Assembly (NCBI GenBank): GCA_001889965.1
Contig: MOEI01000006.1
Location: 17,494 to 81,493 of the forward strand
Length of the DNA stretch: 64,000 nt
Source of the DNA: a bacterium CG10_46_32
GTDB taxonomy: Bacteria > Patescibacteriota > Patescibacteriia > UBA2169
Direction: 5' to 3'
The position numbers and the translations under genes are program-made. Under the pieces are notes generated by a model. It made no database searches. It was not told where the DNA came from and was given only the letters and a program-made list of their open reading frames with translations. Numbering within the stretch: position 1 is the first letter of the stretch; each line of letters opens with the position of its first letter. Shown in pieces: positions 49,429-58,391 of the stretch.

Positions 49429-50109
49429 ATGAAGCTTAGCATAATAGTTCCGGCACATAATGAATCAGCAAATTTAAAACTTCTCGTGCCGCAGATTGAC
49501 ACTATCTTATCAACACTTAATGAGGAATATGAAATTATTGTGGTTGATAATGCATCAACCGATGATACGTTGGAAATACTGAATATACTTAAGCGACAGT
49601 TTTCTTCGGTTATTAGTGTTTTTGAGCCCAAAAAAGGATTTGGAAGTGCGATACTTGCCGGATTAGCGCGTTCACAAGGGGATGTTATTGGATACATTCA
49701 TGCAGACAACCAGATGGAGGCAATGGACATTGTTCGAATATACCAGAAGCTTAAGTTGGAGAATTTGGACATATGCAAAGCTACGCGCGCGGATCGGTAT
49801 GATGGTATTATGAGATGGGTTATCAGTAGGGTGTATAATTTGCTTTTTCGCGCCATGTTTCATGTTCGCTTGCGTGATATTAATGGCAGTCCGAAACTGT
49901 TTACCAGGAATTTTTTTTACGCCGCACATATAACTTCGCGTGATTGGTTTATTGATCCGGAAATTATCATTAAAGCGCAGCGCCGAGGCGCGCGAATGGG
50001 AGAGGTTATGATACACACTAAACCACGCGAACACGGTTCATCACAGGTTCGTGCAACTACTGTTTTAGAATTTTTAAAAAATATGTTTTACTACTGGAGG
50101 CAAAAATAA
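49429..50109 (+). CDS. Glycosyltransferase family 2, polyprenyl-phosphate sugar transferase type (ArnC/GtrB/DPM1-like)
   Basis: LSIIVPAHNESANL...VVDNASTDDT and 226 aa. Confidence 0.65.
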   Translation: MKLSIIVPAHNESANLKLLVPQIDTILSTLNEEYEIIVVDNASTDDTLEILNILKRQFSSVISVFEPKKGFGSAILAGLARSQGDVIGYIHADNQMEAMDIVRIYQKLKLENLDICKATRADRYDGIMRWVISRVYNLLFRAMFHVRLRDINGSPKLFTRNFFYAAHITSRDWFIDPEIIIKAQRRGARMGEVMIHTKPREHGSSQVRATTVLEFLKNMFYYWRQK

Positions 50110-50110
50110 T

Positions 50111-51097
50111 ATGCAAAATTTTTGGAAAAATCGAAGGGTGCTTATTACCGGCGCTAACGGATTTTTGGCTGGTTGGCTGGCCAAGGACTTGGTTGGACGT
50201 GGCGCGAATTTAACCGCGCTCATATATAAAAAAAATCCGGTTTCCGTGTTTGAAACAGAAAAGATTAATAGGAAATCAGATGTGATATACGCGGATATAC
50301 TGGATTTGCGTTCCATGAAACGGATTATGAAAGAGCACCGGATTCAAACGGTTTTCCATCTCGGCGCGCAAGCTATTTGCCAAGTGGCTATTAAGGATCC
50401 TGTGGGAACCTTGGATGCGAACATTCGCGGCACCATGAACGTTTTGGAAGCGGTGCGCGCGGTAAATGCCAACATACATGTTGTGGTCGCCTCTTCTGAC
50501 AAAGCCTATGGGATCCATAAAAAACTTCCCTATCTGGAGACGTATGCGCTTCATGGAGAATTTCCGTACGAAGTGTCAAAGAGCTGCGCTGATTTAATCA
50601 GCCAGATGTATTATGCTACGTACAATATACCTATATGCGTCATTAGAAGCGGCAACCTATATGGAGGCGGGGATTCTCATTTTTCACGTATTTATCCTAA
50701 AACAATTTATCGCCTTTCCCGGGGCTTACGGCCGCAACTCCGGGACAATAGCATTAGAGATTATGTGTATGTTGAAGATGCGGCTCGCGCGTACCGTATG
50801 GTTGCCGAAAAAATGAAACATGGTTTGGTTGGAGAAGTGTTTAATCTTGGCTGGAACCGCCCTGTGTCGGTTTTACGCGTGCTGCGTTTAATAGCCAAGA
50901 CAATGAAAAAGCCTCATTTAAAGCCAGAAACTTCAAACAGAAGCAGTTCTCATATTCCAAAACAGTACCTTTCGGCAGCCAAAATAAAAAAGATGGTTGG
51001 CTGGAAGGCGGAAATTTCATTAGAAGAGGGAACAAAAAGAACCGTGGCTTGGTATATTGATTTTTTAAAAACTCACAAGTTCCGTTTGCACGATTAG
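50111..51097 (+). CDS. NDP-sugar 4,6-dehydratase, CDP-glucose 4,6-dehydratase-like (extended SDR)
   Basis: N-terminal FWKNRRVLITGANGFLAGWL resembles the RfbG/DdhB N-terminus. Downstream YEVSK catalytic motif. Confidence 0.5.
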   Translation: MQNFWKNRRVLITGANGFLAGWLAKDLVGRGANLTALIYKKNPVSVFETEKINRKSDVIYADILDLRSMKRIMKEHRIQTVFHLGAQAICQVAIKDPVGTLDANIRGTMNVLEAVRAVNANIHVVVASSDKAYGIHKKLPYLETYALHGEFPYEVSKSCADLISQMYYATYNIPICVIRSGNLYGGGDSHFSRIYPKTIYRLSRGLRPQLRDNSIRDYVYVEDAARAYRMVAEKMKHGLVGEVFNLGWNRPVSVLRVLRLIAKTMKKPHLKPETSNRSSSHIPKQYLSAAKIKKMVGWKAEISLEEGTKRTVAWYIDFLKTHKFRLHD

Positions 51098-51100
51098 TGT

Positions 51101-52066
51101 ATGAGAAATTTTTTTACCGACAAACAAGTGGTGGTTACTGGAGGGGGTGGATTTATTGGTTCGTATTTGGTGCGGGAATTAATTCGGTTGGGAGCTTCGG
51201 TGCATGCTTTAGTTGACGAGGGCGGATCCACGAATCGCCTTGATTCTTTTGCGCTTCGTGCGCATATTCACCGCGTTTCAGTATGGAACAGAGATGCACT
51301 TAAGCCTATGCTTCAACGCATTAAGCCGCAAATTATTTTTCATTTGCGCGCAGCCATTCATCAGGCATCCAACCAAGAAAGGAAAGAGTATTTTTTTAAG
51401 ACCAATGTAGGCGACACCAAGGAACTGGCAAACGCGGCATTGGCACTTGAATTAGAATCGTTTGTTAACGCTGGAACCATTGCTGAATATGGAGGCGCGC
51501 CAGCTCCTTTTGAGGAAGACGAAATAGCCGCGCCAATATCAGAATATGGCGAGAGTAAGCTGGCGGCAACCATATGGTTGAAATCTTTGCACAAAACACA
51601 TGGATTCCCAGCCATACTGGTGCGGTCATCTGTGGTGTATGGGCCAGGCCAACATCCGCATTCATATTTAATCCCTAATGTTATTATGAGTTGTTTGCAA
51701 AAAAAAGATTTTCAAATCAAATCATCAGGATTGCAAACGCGCGATCCATTGTATATCAGCGATGATGTGGCGGGTTTGCTTATGGCCGCCGCTAACACTC
51801 AAAAAACCCAGGGAGAAATTATCAACCTTGGTCTGGGTAGGGAATATACTGTATTTGAGATTGCTCAACTTATTAATCAAAAGCTAGGCAATCTAGTTAA
51901 TATCAGCACTGGTTCAGATGACGACAGGCCAGGAGAGAATAAAAATTATTGGCAGAATATCAGCAAAGCGGAGAAATTATTTGGTTGGACGCCAAAAATA
52001 TCTCTGGAAAAAGGGATTAACGAAACAGTTACTTGGTATAAAGAACATTATAAAGATGGTATATGA
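51101..52066 (+). CDS. NAD-dependent epimerase/dehydratase or reductase (extended SDR)
   Basis: VVVTGGGGFIGSYL and YGESK. Confidence 0.6.
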   Translation: MRNFFTDKQVVVTGGGGFIGSYLVRELIRLGASVHALVDEGGSTNRLDSFALRAHIHRVSVWNRDALKPMLQRIKPQIIFHLRAAIHQASNQERKEYFFKTNVGDTKELANAALALELESFVNAGTIAEYGGAPAPFEEDEIAAPISEYGESKLAATIWLKSLHKTHGFPAILVRSSVVYGPGQHPHSYLIPNVIMSCLQKKDFQIKSSGLQTRDPLYISDDVAGLLMAAANTQKTQGEIINLGLGREYTVFEIAQLINQKLGNLVNISTGSDDDRPGENKNYWQNISKAEKLFGWTPKISLEKGINETVTWYKEHYKDGI

Positions 52067-53277
52067 CAAAAAAGAAACAGAGCAACATACGGGTTCCATA
52101 TGCGCTGGCGGTTTTTGGCAAAGAAGAGCGCGAGGCAGTCCAAAAAGTTTTATCCACTCCCATGATTGTTCCGGGTCCATATGCGCGAACATTTGAACAG
52201 AAAATATCCCATTTGTTTAAGAAGCGTTATGGTGTTTTGGTTAATTCTGGTTCGTCCGCTAATTTGCTCGCTTTTGAAATTCTAGACTTACCTAAAGGAT
52301 CGGAGGTTATTACCCCTGTGTTGACATTTAGCACCACGTTAGCGCCTATTATCCAAAAAGGACTTGTTCCTGTATTTGTGGATGTGGTCTTGGGCGAATA
52401 TACTATTGATATAAAACAAGTTGAAGCGTTAATCACTAAAAAAACAAAAGCTCTGATGATTCCTTCGCTCATCGGAAATATTCCTGATTACCGCGCATTG
52501 TCTCGGTTGGCAAAAAAGTATAAGTTGTATTTAATTGAAGATTCTTGTGATACACTTGGGAGTCGGATATATGGCAAGCCAACAGGTTGCTATACCGACA
52601 TATCCACGACCAGTTTTTATGCTTCGCATATTATTACAGCGGCTGGAAATGGCGGTATGATTTGCGTTAATAATCCTGAATGGCATAGGCGCGCAAAAAT
52701 GTTGGCTGGCTGGGGCAGATCTTCGGCTATACATGAATCAGAAAAAGCAGAGTACCGATTTGGGGTTGCGGTCGACGGCATTCCGTATGATAGAAAATTT
52801 CTTTTTACGGAGATTGGATATAATTTTCAATCGACCGACATTGCGGCCGCTTTTGGTTTAGCGCAGTTGACGAAGTTTAAAGATTTTTTCCGCGCCCGCG
52901 AGCTTAATTTTAGGGCGTTGGCAAATTTTTTTAAAGCATATGAACAGTTTTTTGTTTTGCCGCATCAAAATAAAAACGTTATAACTGCTTGGTTAGCTTT
53001 TCCGTTGGTTGTGCGTCCTAATGCGCCATTTACGCGCCAGGTGCTTGTAAAATTTTTAGAGGAGAGCAATATACAAACCAGACCTATGTTTACCGGCAAT
53101 GTTTTACGCCAAAGTGCGTTTAAGAAAATTAAAGCCAGGCGGCGCGCCGGCGGCTATCCGAACGCGGACTTGGTCATGAGGGGGTCACTGCTTATTGGGT
53201 GCCATCAGGGAATTAAGCGCGAGCATTTGACATACATGAAAAATATTTTTACCGAATTTTTAAGCAATTATAAATAA
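52063..53277 (+). CDS. DegT/DnrJ/EryC1-family PLP enzyme (sugar aminotransferase or RfbH-like 3-dehydratase)
   Basis: 404 aa. The fold pattern and the SFYASHIITAAGNGG Lys/His region are typical of the family. Confidence 0.65.
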   Translation: MTKKKQSNIRVPYALAVFGKEEREAVQKVLSTPMIVPGPYARTFEQKISHLFKKRYGVLVNSGSSANLLAFEILDLPKGSEVITPVLTFSTTLAPIIQKGLVPVFVDVVLGEYTIDIKQVEALITKKTKALMIPSLIGNIPDYRALSRLAKKYKLYLIEDSCDTLGSRIYGKPTGCYTDISTTSFYASHIITAAGNGGMICVNNPEWHRRAKMLAGWGRSSAIHESEKAEYRFGVAVDGIPYDRKFLFTEIGYNFQSTDIAAAFGLAQLTKFKDFFRARELNFRALANFFKAYEQFFVLPHQNKNVITAWLAFPLVVRPNAPFTRQVLVKFLEESNIQTRPMFTGNVLRQSAFKKIKARRRAGGYPNADLVMRGSLLIGCHQGIKREHLTYMKNIFTEFLSNYK

Positions 53278-53283
53278 TCCATA

Positions 53284-54510
53284 ATGGAAAAAGCTAGAGA
53301 AAAAAGACCGATATTTATTGTCGGATGCACTCGCAGCGGCACCAAGCTCGTATCCCGCATTGTGGGCGGGCATCTTGATAATTTTTTAATTACCGAGCAC
53401 CGCGAAAAATTCCACATTCCCGAGGACCGTTCCGGCGTGTGCGAAGAGCACTTGTGGTTTAATAATTTTGAATTTAAGCATTGGGGAAAAAACGGGGATC
53501 CTTTAGTACGGACACCTATCTACAATAAAGCAGATATTGCCCGCATGAAAGAGATATTATTGTCTCTTTCTGGAGCCAAGCGGTTGGTGGTTAAAAATCC
53601 GCAGGATATTTTACGAATCCGTTTTATTAAAAAAATGTTCCCAGATGCCTTGTTTGTTTTTTGCGTGCGGAACCCATGGCATGGTTTGCAGTCTCGAATT
53701 ATTGGTGGCGAGGCAAAGTATTTAATCCCATCGGAGAAGAATTTTGAATTGCCGGATGATCTGTTGCTTAAGTCCGTGTATTCATGGAAAGAGAGTATTG
53801 ATATTTACCAGAACGAGCATGATGAAAACTGGTGCGCAATCCGGTATGAGGATGTTGTGTTTAGCACCAAGGATACACTTGCTAAGTTGTTTGAGTTTTT
53901 AGGAATGGATTCGCATTCTGAATACTTCAATAGGGCGTGCTCCTTGCCGCGGGATTTAGAACATCAGTATTATCCGGTTAAAAAAGCATTTAAGAAGAGT
54001 GCATTTAAAAAAGAAATAATGGATATTGTTCATGACGGATGTGCCGTATTTCCGTATGAGACATCTATTGATTTGGTTCCCGGAAGCGCGTGGCACTACT
54101 ATTTATTAGAGAAGGATATCATTAACATCAAGTGGCTTAAAGCGCGTTTTATTGGAATCACTAAGTGCATGTCTAAAAGCATTTTGCGGATTGTTTTTTA
54201 CGTAGTGGGTGGTGTCCGTAAAACCATAGTGAGCCACATTATGTTTGCCGCTCTTTCCGAAGGGGCAAGCGCGTTTGTTTCCACGGAGGATGCCAAAATC
54301 GCGGATGTTGCTGGGCATAGTAAAAAAGATGAAACAGCATCATTTATTGTTTCGCAAATGCAGTATCAGCGCCTTAGGCATTTTAATCGTGTGATTGTTT
54401 TAGATAGCACAGGATCTTCGTGGCTATTGCTTAAGAATATTGACTTTTTTCCGGAAAAACAGTATAATTATATACTTAATGGAAAGGTAGAATACATAAA
54501 ACATGCTTGA
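53284..54510 (+). CDS. Sulfotransferase-domain protein (PAPS-dependent) with a C-terminal extension
   Basis: 5'-PSB-like PIFIVGCTRSGTKLV and 3'-PB-like FVFCVRNPWHGLQS. Confidence 0.5.
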   Translation: MEKAREKRPIFIVGCTRSGTKLVSRIVGGHLDNFLITEHREKFHIPEDRSGVCEEHLWFNNFEFKHWGKNGDPLVRTPIYNKADIARMKEILLSLSGAKRLVVKNPQDILRIRFIKKMFPDALFVFCVRNPWHGLQSRIIGGEAKYLIPSEKNFELPDDLLLKSVYSWKESIDIYQNEHDENWCAIRYEDVVFSTKDTLAKLFEFLGMDSHSEYFNRACSLPRDLEHQYYPVKKAFKKSAFKKEIMDIVHDGCAVFPYETSIDLVPGSAWHYYLLEKDIINIKWLKARFIGITKCMSKSILRIVFYVVGGVRKTIVSHIMFAALSEGASAFVSTEDAKIADVAGHSKKDETASFIVSQMQYQRLRHFNRVIVLDSTGSSWLLLKNIDFFPEKQYNYILNGKVEYIKHA

Positions 54511-57295
54511 TATGGCGCAAAAAACTAAGCTCATTGTGACGCTCGGCCCGGCAACGCGGACTCTTGAAGATTTGTGTCTTTTAAAAGATCGAGACGTTGA
54601 TTTTGTGCGCATCAACATGTCGCATTCCACTTTAGAAGATTTAGAATATTTTATTGCGCTTGCAAAAAAGGTTGGCATTCCGTTTGTGCTGGATACCGAA
54701 GGCTCGCAGATACGCACTGGAGAGCTAGCTGAAAACTCTGCACACATTAAAGAGGGCGCATCTGTAAAAATTTATCGCGATGCGATTATTGGAGATAGTG
54801 AGCGCATCAACCTGCGCCCTTCAATTGCGGTCGAGCAGCTTGTTTCCGGGGACATTATTCACATTGATTTTAATTCTCTCATTTTGCGCGTTTCCGAAAC
54901 TGCGCTGCTCGCAACCGAAGGCTATATCATGGCAACCGCAATTACGAGCGGCACGCTCGGTCGAAATAAGGCGGTGGTGGTTGATAGCGCTTTGGAAACT
55001 ATGTTCCGCTTGCCAGTTTTGTCCGAAAAAGATTACCAAGCAATTGAGATCGGATTACGGGAGGGCGTTGAATATATTGCCGCCTCGTTTATGCGCAACG
55101 AGCAGTTTGTAGACGAAGTACGTAAGGCAACAAACAACAAAATGAAAATTATTTCCAAAATAGAGTGCAAAGACGCGCTCCAGAATCTCGAACCTATTAT
55201 CAATGCATCTGATTTTATTCTTATTGATCGTGGAGATTTAAGCAAAGAGATAGCAATCGAAAAAATCCCTTTGGTACAAAAAACCATTATGAGCCTTGCA
55301 CGCAAACAGCAGAAGGGTGTGTTTGTCGCCACAAACCTTTTGGAGAGCATGATAGAGAAAAAACAGCCCACGCGTGCAGAAGCGCACGATGTGATTGCAA
55401 CTATTTTGGATGGAGCGTATGGATTGGCTTTATCCGCAGAAACCGCCATCGGGAAAAACCCAATTGCGTGTGTGAATATGATGAACCGCTTGTGCCGCCA
55501 AACAGCGCTTGTGCACGAGGATACTCATTACCAAAAAGCAAATGACGGAATTGCGGAGGACATGTTGGATATGAACTATCTGCTTTCGGATGACGACTCT
55601 TCGATTCTTATTAAGCCTCATGGCGGAACATTAGTTGATTGCGTTTTGCGGGAGGTGCCTGATGCTAGTTATCTGGAGTCGCTCCCTCGCATTGTGCTGG
55701 ACCAAGAGCGGCAAATGGATGTTGAGCAGATTGCAATTGGAACATTTAGCCCGATTGAGGGGTTTATGGGCAAAAAGGATTTTGACGGCGTGCTCAATGA
55801 TATGCGCCTTGTGAACGGTTCGGCGTGGACTATTCCTATTATATTAGATGTTTCAGAACATACAGCCAATAACCTTAAAGAGGGTTCAGACGTGGTTTTG
55901 TGTGATAGCGAAGGCCCAATGGCTATTTTACATTTGGAGGAAAAGTTTAATTTTAATAAGAGTGAAACTAACCAAAAACTGTATGGCACCGAGAGCATAG
56001 AACATCCAGGTGTGCGCTGGATTAATTCTTTGAACCCAATTCTACTTGGCGGAAAAATCAGCCTTATCCGCAGACGCGTGTCCGAACAGAAGGAGTACGA
56101 ACTTACTCCGCGCCAGGTGCGCAGGATGTTCGAAGAGCGCGGTTGGTCGCGTGTGGTTGGATTCCATACGCGCAATGTAATTCACCGCAGCCATGAATTC
56201 ATTCAATTAGAGGCTATGCGTCGTGCGAACGCGGACGGCTTGTTTATTCATCCGGTTATCGGTAAAAAGAAGCCTGGAGATTTTCATGCTAAGTACATTA
56301 TTGGCGCGTACGAGCAGATGGTAAAGCATTTTTATCCGCGGGACAAAGTGGTATTTGCGACATATGCCACGTTTTCCCGTTATGCGGGTCCGCGCGAGGC
56401 TATTTTTACGGCGCTCTGCCGAAAGAATTTCGGATGCAGCCATTTTGTTGTGGGCCGTGATCATACTGGAGTCGGGGATTTTTACTATCCTAAAGCATCC
56501 CATGAAATTTTTAATCAATTCAAAGATTTAGGTATTGAGCCGATTCGGTTTGATCAAGTATTCTATTCAAAAAAACTCAATGCGCATGTGCATGAAACTG
56601 ATGATACAGAACATTCCGAGGAAGAAAAAATGCATATCAGCGGCACGCAAGCCAGGCAGATGATAGAGCAGGGTCAGCAGCCGCCAGAATGGTTTATGCG
56701 TCCGGAGATTTCCGCAATGATTCTTGAGGCCATCGCGTCCGGAGAAGAGGTGTTTGTGTCGGAACAGGCAGCGCCGCAGCGTGGAGTTGTGCTGTGGTTT
56801 ACGGGTCTTTCTGGAAGCGGCAAGACTACTATTGCAAGTAGGATTGCGTGTACTTTGGGAGAACGTGGCGCGCGTGTTACCATGCTCGACGGGGATACGG
56901 TTCGCGAACAGTTTAAAGTCCAACTTGGGTTCTCCAGAGAAGACATAAGAGAAAATAACCGCCGTATCGCCGAACTCGCAAAGGAAGAGTCAGCGCGCTT
57001 TAATGTGGTGATTGTGTCTATTATTTCTCCATATGCCGAGGACCGAACAATGGCGCGTTCCATTATTGGCAAGGGATTTGTTGAGGTATTTATCAACGCG
57101 TCTCTTGAGGCGTGTATGGCTCGGGATACTAAAGGATTATATGGTCGCGCTCAACGGGGCGAGATGGACAACCTTATCGGATTCAGTCCGTCCAACCCAT
57201 ACGAGGCGCCGATTAATCCGGATATAGAGATAAAAACGGACGAACTATCTATAGAGCAGGCTATCATTCAAATTATCAATAGCTTACCAAACTAA
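54503..57295 (+). CDS. Tri-domain fusion: pyruvate-kinase-like barrel domain + sulfate adenylyltransferase (ATP sulfurylase) + adenylylsulfate (APS) kinase
   Basis: PK-like region (aa 1-330): KLIVTLGPAT, RINMSHS, LDTEGSQIRTG, ISKIECKD, IDRGDLSKEI, ATNLLESM...PTRAE, LSAETAIGKNP. ATP sulfurylase region: PUA-like IKPHGGTLVD...GTFSPIEGFMG and catalytic GFHTRNVIHRSHE. APS kinase region: VLWFTGLSGSGKTTIA. Confidence 0.75.
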   Translation: MLDMAQKTKLIVTLGPATRTLEDLCLLKDRDVDFVRINMSHSTLEDLEYFIALAKKVGIPFVLDTEGSQIRTGELAENSAHIKEGASVKIYRDAIIGDSERINLRPSIAVEQLVSGDIIHIDFNSLILRVSETALLATEGYIMATAITSGTLGRNKAVVVDSALETMFRLPVLSEKDYQAIEIGLREGVEYIAASFMRNEQFVDEVRKATNNKMKIISKIECKDALQNLEPIINASDFILIDRGDLSKEIAIEKIPLVQKTIMSLARKQQKGVFVATNLLESMIEKKQPTRAEAHDVIATILDGAYGLALSAETAIGKNPIACVNMMNRLCRQTALVHEDTHYQKANDGIAEDMLDMNYLLSDDDSSILIKPHGGTLVDCVLREVPDASYLESLPRIVLDQERQMDVEQIAIGTFSPIEGFMGKKDFDGVLNDMRLVNGSAWTIPIILDVSEHTANNLKEGSDVVLCDSEGPMAILHLEEKFNFNKSETNQKLYGTESIEHPGVRWINSLNPILLGGKISLIRRRVSEQKEYELTPRQVRRMFEERGWSRVVGFHTRNVIHRSHEFIQLEAMRRANADGLFIHPVIGKKKPGDFHAKYIIGAYEQMVKHFYPRDKVVFATYATFSRYAGPREAIFTALCRKNFGCSHFVVGRDHTGVGDFYYPKASHEIFNQFKDLGIEPIRFDQVFYSKKLNAHVHETDDTEHSEEEKMHISGTQARQMIEQGQQPPEWFMRPEISAMILEAIASGEEVFVSEQAAPQRGVVLWFTGLSGSGKTTIASRIACTLGERGARVTMLDGDTVREQFKVQLGFSREDIRENNRRIAELAKEESARFNVVIVSIISPYAEDRTMARSIIGKGFVEVFINASLEACMARDTKGLYGRAQRGEMDNLIGFSPSNPYEAPINPDIEIKTDELSIEQAIIQIINSLPN

Positions 57296-57304
57296 AATAA
57301 AAAT

Positions 57305-57604
57305 ATGAATATTGATATTACCCAGATCCTCGGTTGGATAGCCACGTTTCTTTTTTCAGTAATGCTCATACCACAGATGATTAAAACTATTAAAGTCAAA
57401 GACACAAGTGGGGTGAGTTTGTTTTTGTTTATAATTTACTTCGTTGCAAATATTGTGGCACTCGCATATGCTTTATTAATCGACCAAATGCCGCTCATCA
57501 TAAAATATTCAATAGCAATCGGAACTGCGGCAGCATACTTGTCCATATTTGCGTATTATTATCAAAAGCAGCAAAAGAAAAGCCATGAATCTTCCGAAAA
57601 ATGA
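57305..57604 (+). CDS. PQ-loop / SemiSWEET-like 3-TM membrane protein
   Basis: 99 aa, three TM helices, LIPQMIKTIK PQ motif after TM1. Confidence 0.45.
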   Translation: MNIDITQILGWIATFLFSVMLIPQMIKTIKVKDTSGVSLFLFIIYFVANIVALAYALLIDQMPLIIKYSIAIGTAAAYLSIFAYYYQKQQKKSHESSEK

Positions 57605-58391
57605 TTTTTTACCCGAGCTTTTTTTGGCAGTAGAAGCCGCGAAAACAGCCGGGGACGCAGTGCTTGTAATTTACAAAACGGATTTTGACGTGGCCGAAAA
57701 AGAGCCGGGCCAACTCATAACGCTTGCGGATACAGATGCTGACGCGGTTATTCATGCGATGCTTAGAAAAACAGGGTATCCCATTCTTTCGGAAGAGAGC
57801 GCGGACGATTTTGTTCGTTTGCAAGCGGAGCGCGTGTGGATTATTGATCCCTTGGACGGAACTGCGGATTTTGTGGAAAAGACCGGCGAATTTTCTATAA
57901 TGATTGCGCTCATAGAAAATCATGAGCCAATTATAGGAGTAGTGTACGCTCCAGCAACTGACACTCTGTATGTTGCAGAAAAAGGGAAGGGTGCCTTCTG
58001 TTGCACTCATGGCGGATGGAATCAGATTTATGTGAGCAACACCGCGCAGATGCCATCTGCAAAAGCAGTCACCAGCAGGCATCATTTTACCGAAGAAGAG
58101 CATAATATACTTGATGCACTTGAGGTTGGAGAATTTATTCAAAAAGGGAGCGCGGGATTGAAAATTGCAGACATAGCGCAAGGGAGTGCAGATTTTTATT
58201 TTACACTGACTAACCAAATTAAGCAGTGGGATACTGCAGCTGGTTATTGCATTCTTGCAGAGGCAGGGGGCTGTATGACTGACATGCAAGGCAATGCGCT
58301 TATATACAATACCGAGGACGTCTACCATAAAAATGGAATTTTAGTTACCAATAGTGTACTACATAGCGTTGTTTTGCAATCATATGCCTGA
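57585..58391 (+). CDS. cysQ: Inositol monophosphatase family; probable 3'(2'),5'-bisphosphate nucleotidase (CysQ-like PAP phosphatase)
   Basis: LSEES...WIIDPLDGTADFV metal-binding motifs and the WDTAAG motif. ATG at 57585. Confidence 0.6.
   Translation: MNLPKNDFLPELFLAVEAAKTAGDAVLVIYKTDFDVAEKEPGQLITLADTDADAVIHAMLRKTGYPILSEESADDFVRLQAERVWIIDPLDGTADFVEKTGEFSIMIALIENHEPIIGVVYAPATDTLYVAEKGKGAFCCTHGGWNQIYVSNTAQMPSAKAVTSRHHFTEEEHNILDALEVGEFIQKGSAGLKIADIAQGSADFYFTLTNQIKQWDTAAGYCILAEAGGCMTDMQGNALIYNTEDVYHKNGILVTNSVLHSVVLQSYA

Noticed and set aside
54503-55500. Calling the N-terminal domain of the 930-aa protein a bona fide pyruvate kinase gene
   Set aside because: The PK C-terminal regulatory domain is absent and the reading frame continues uninterrupted into ATP sulfurylase. 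It is better described as a PK-like domain within a fusion protein. A frameshift artefact cannot be excluded from sequence alone.
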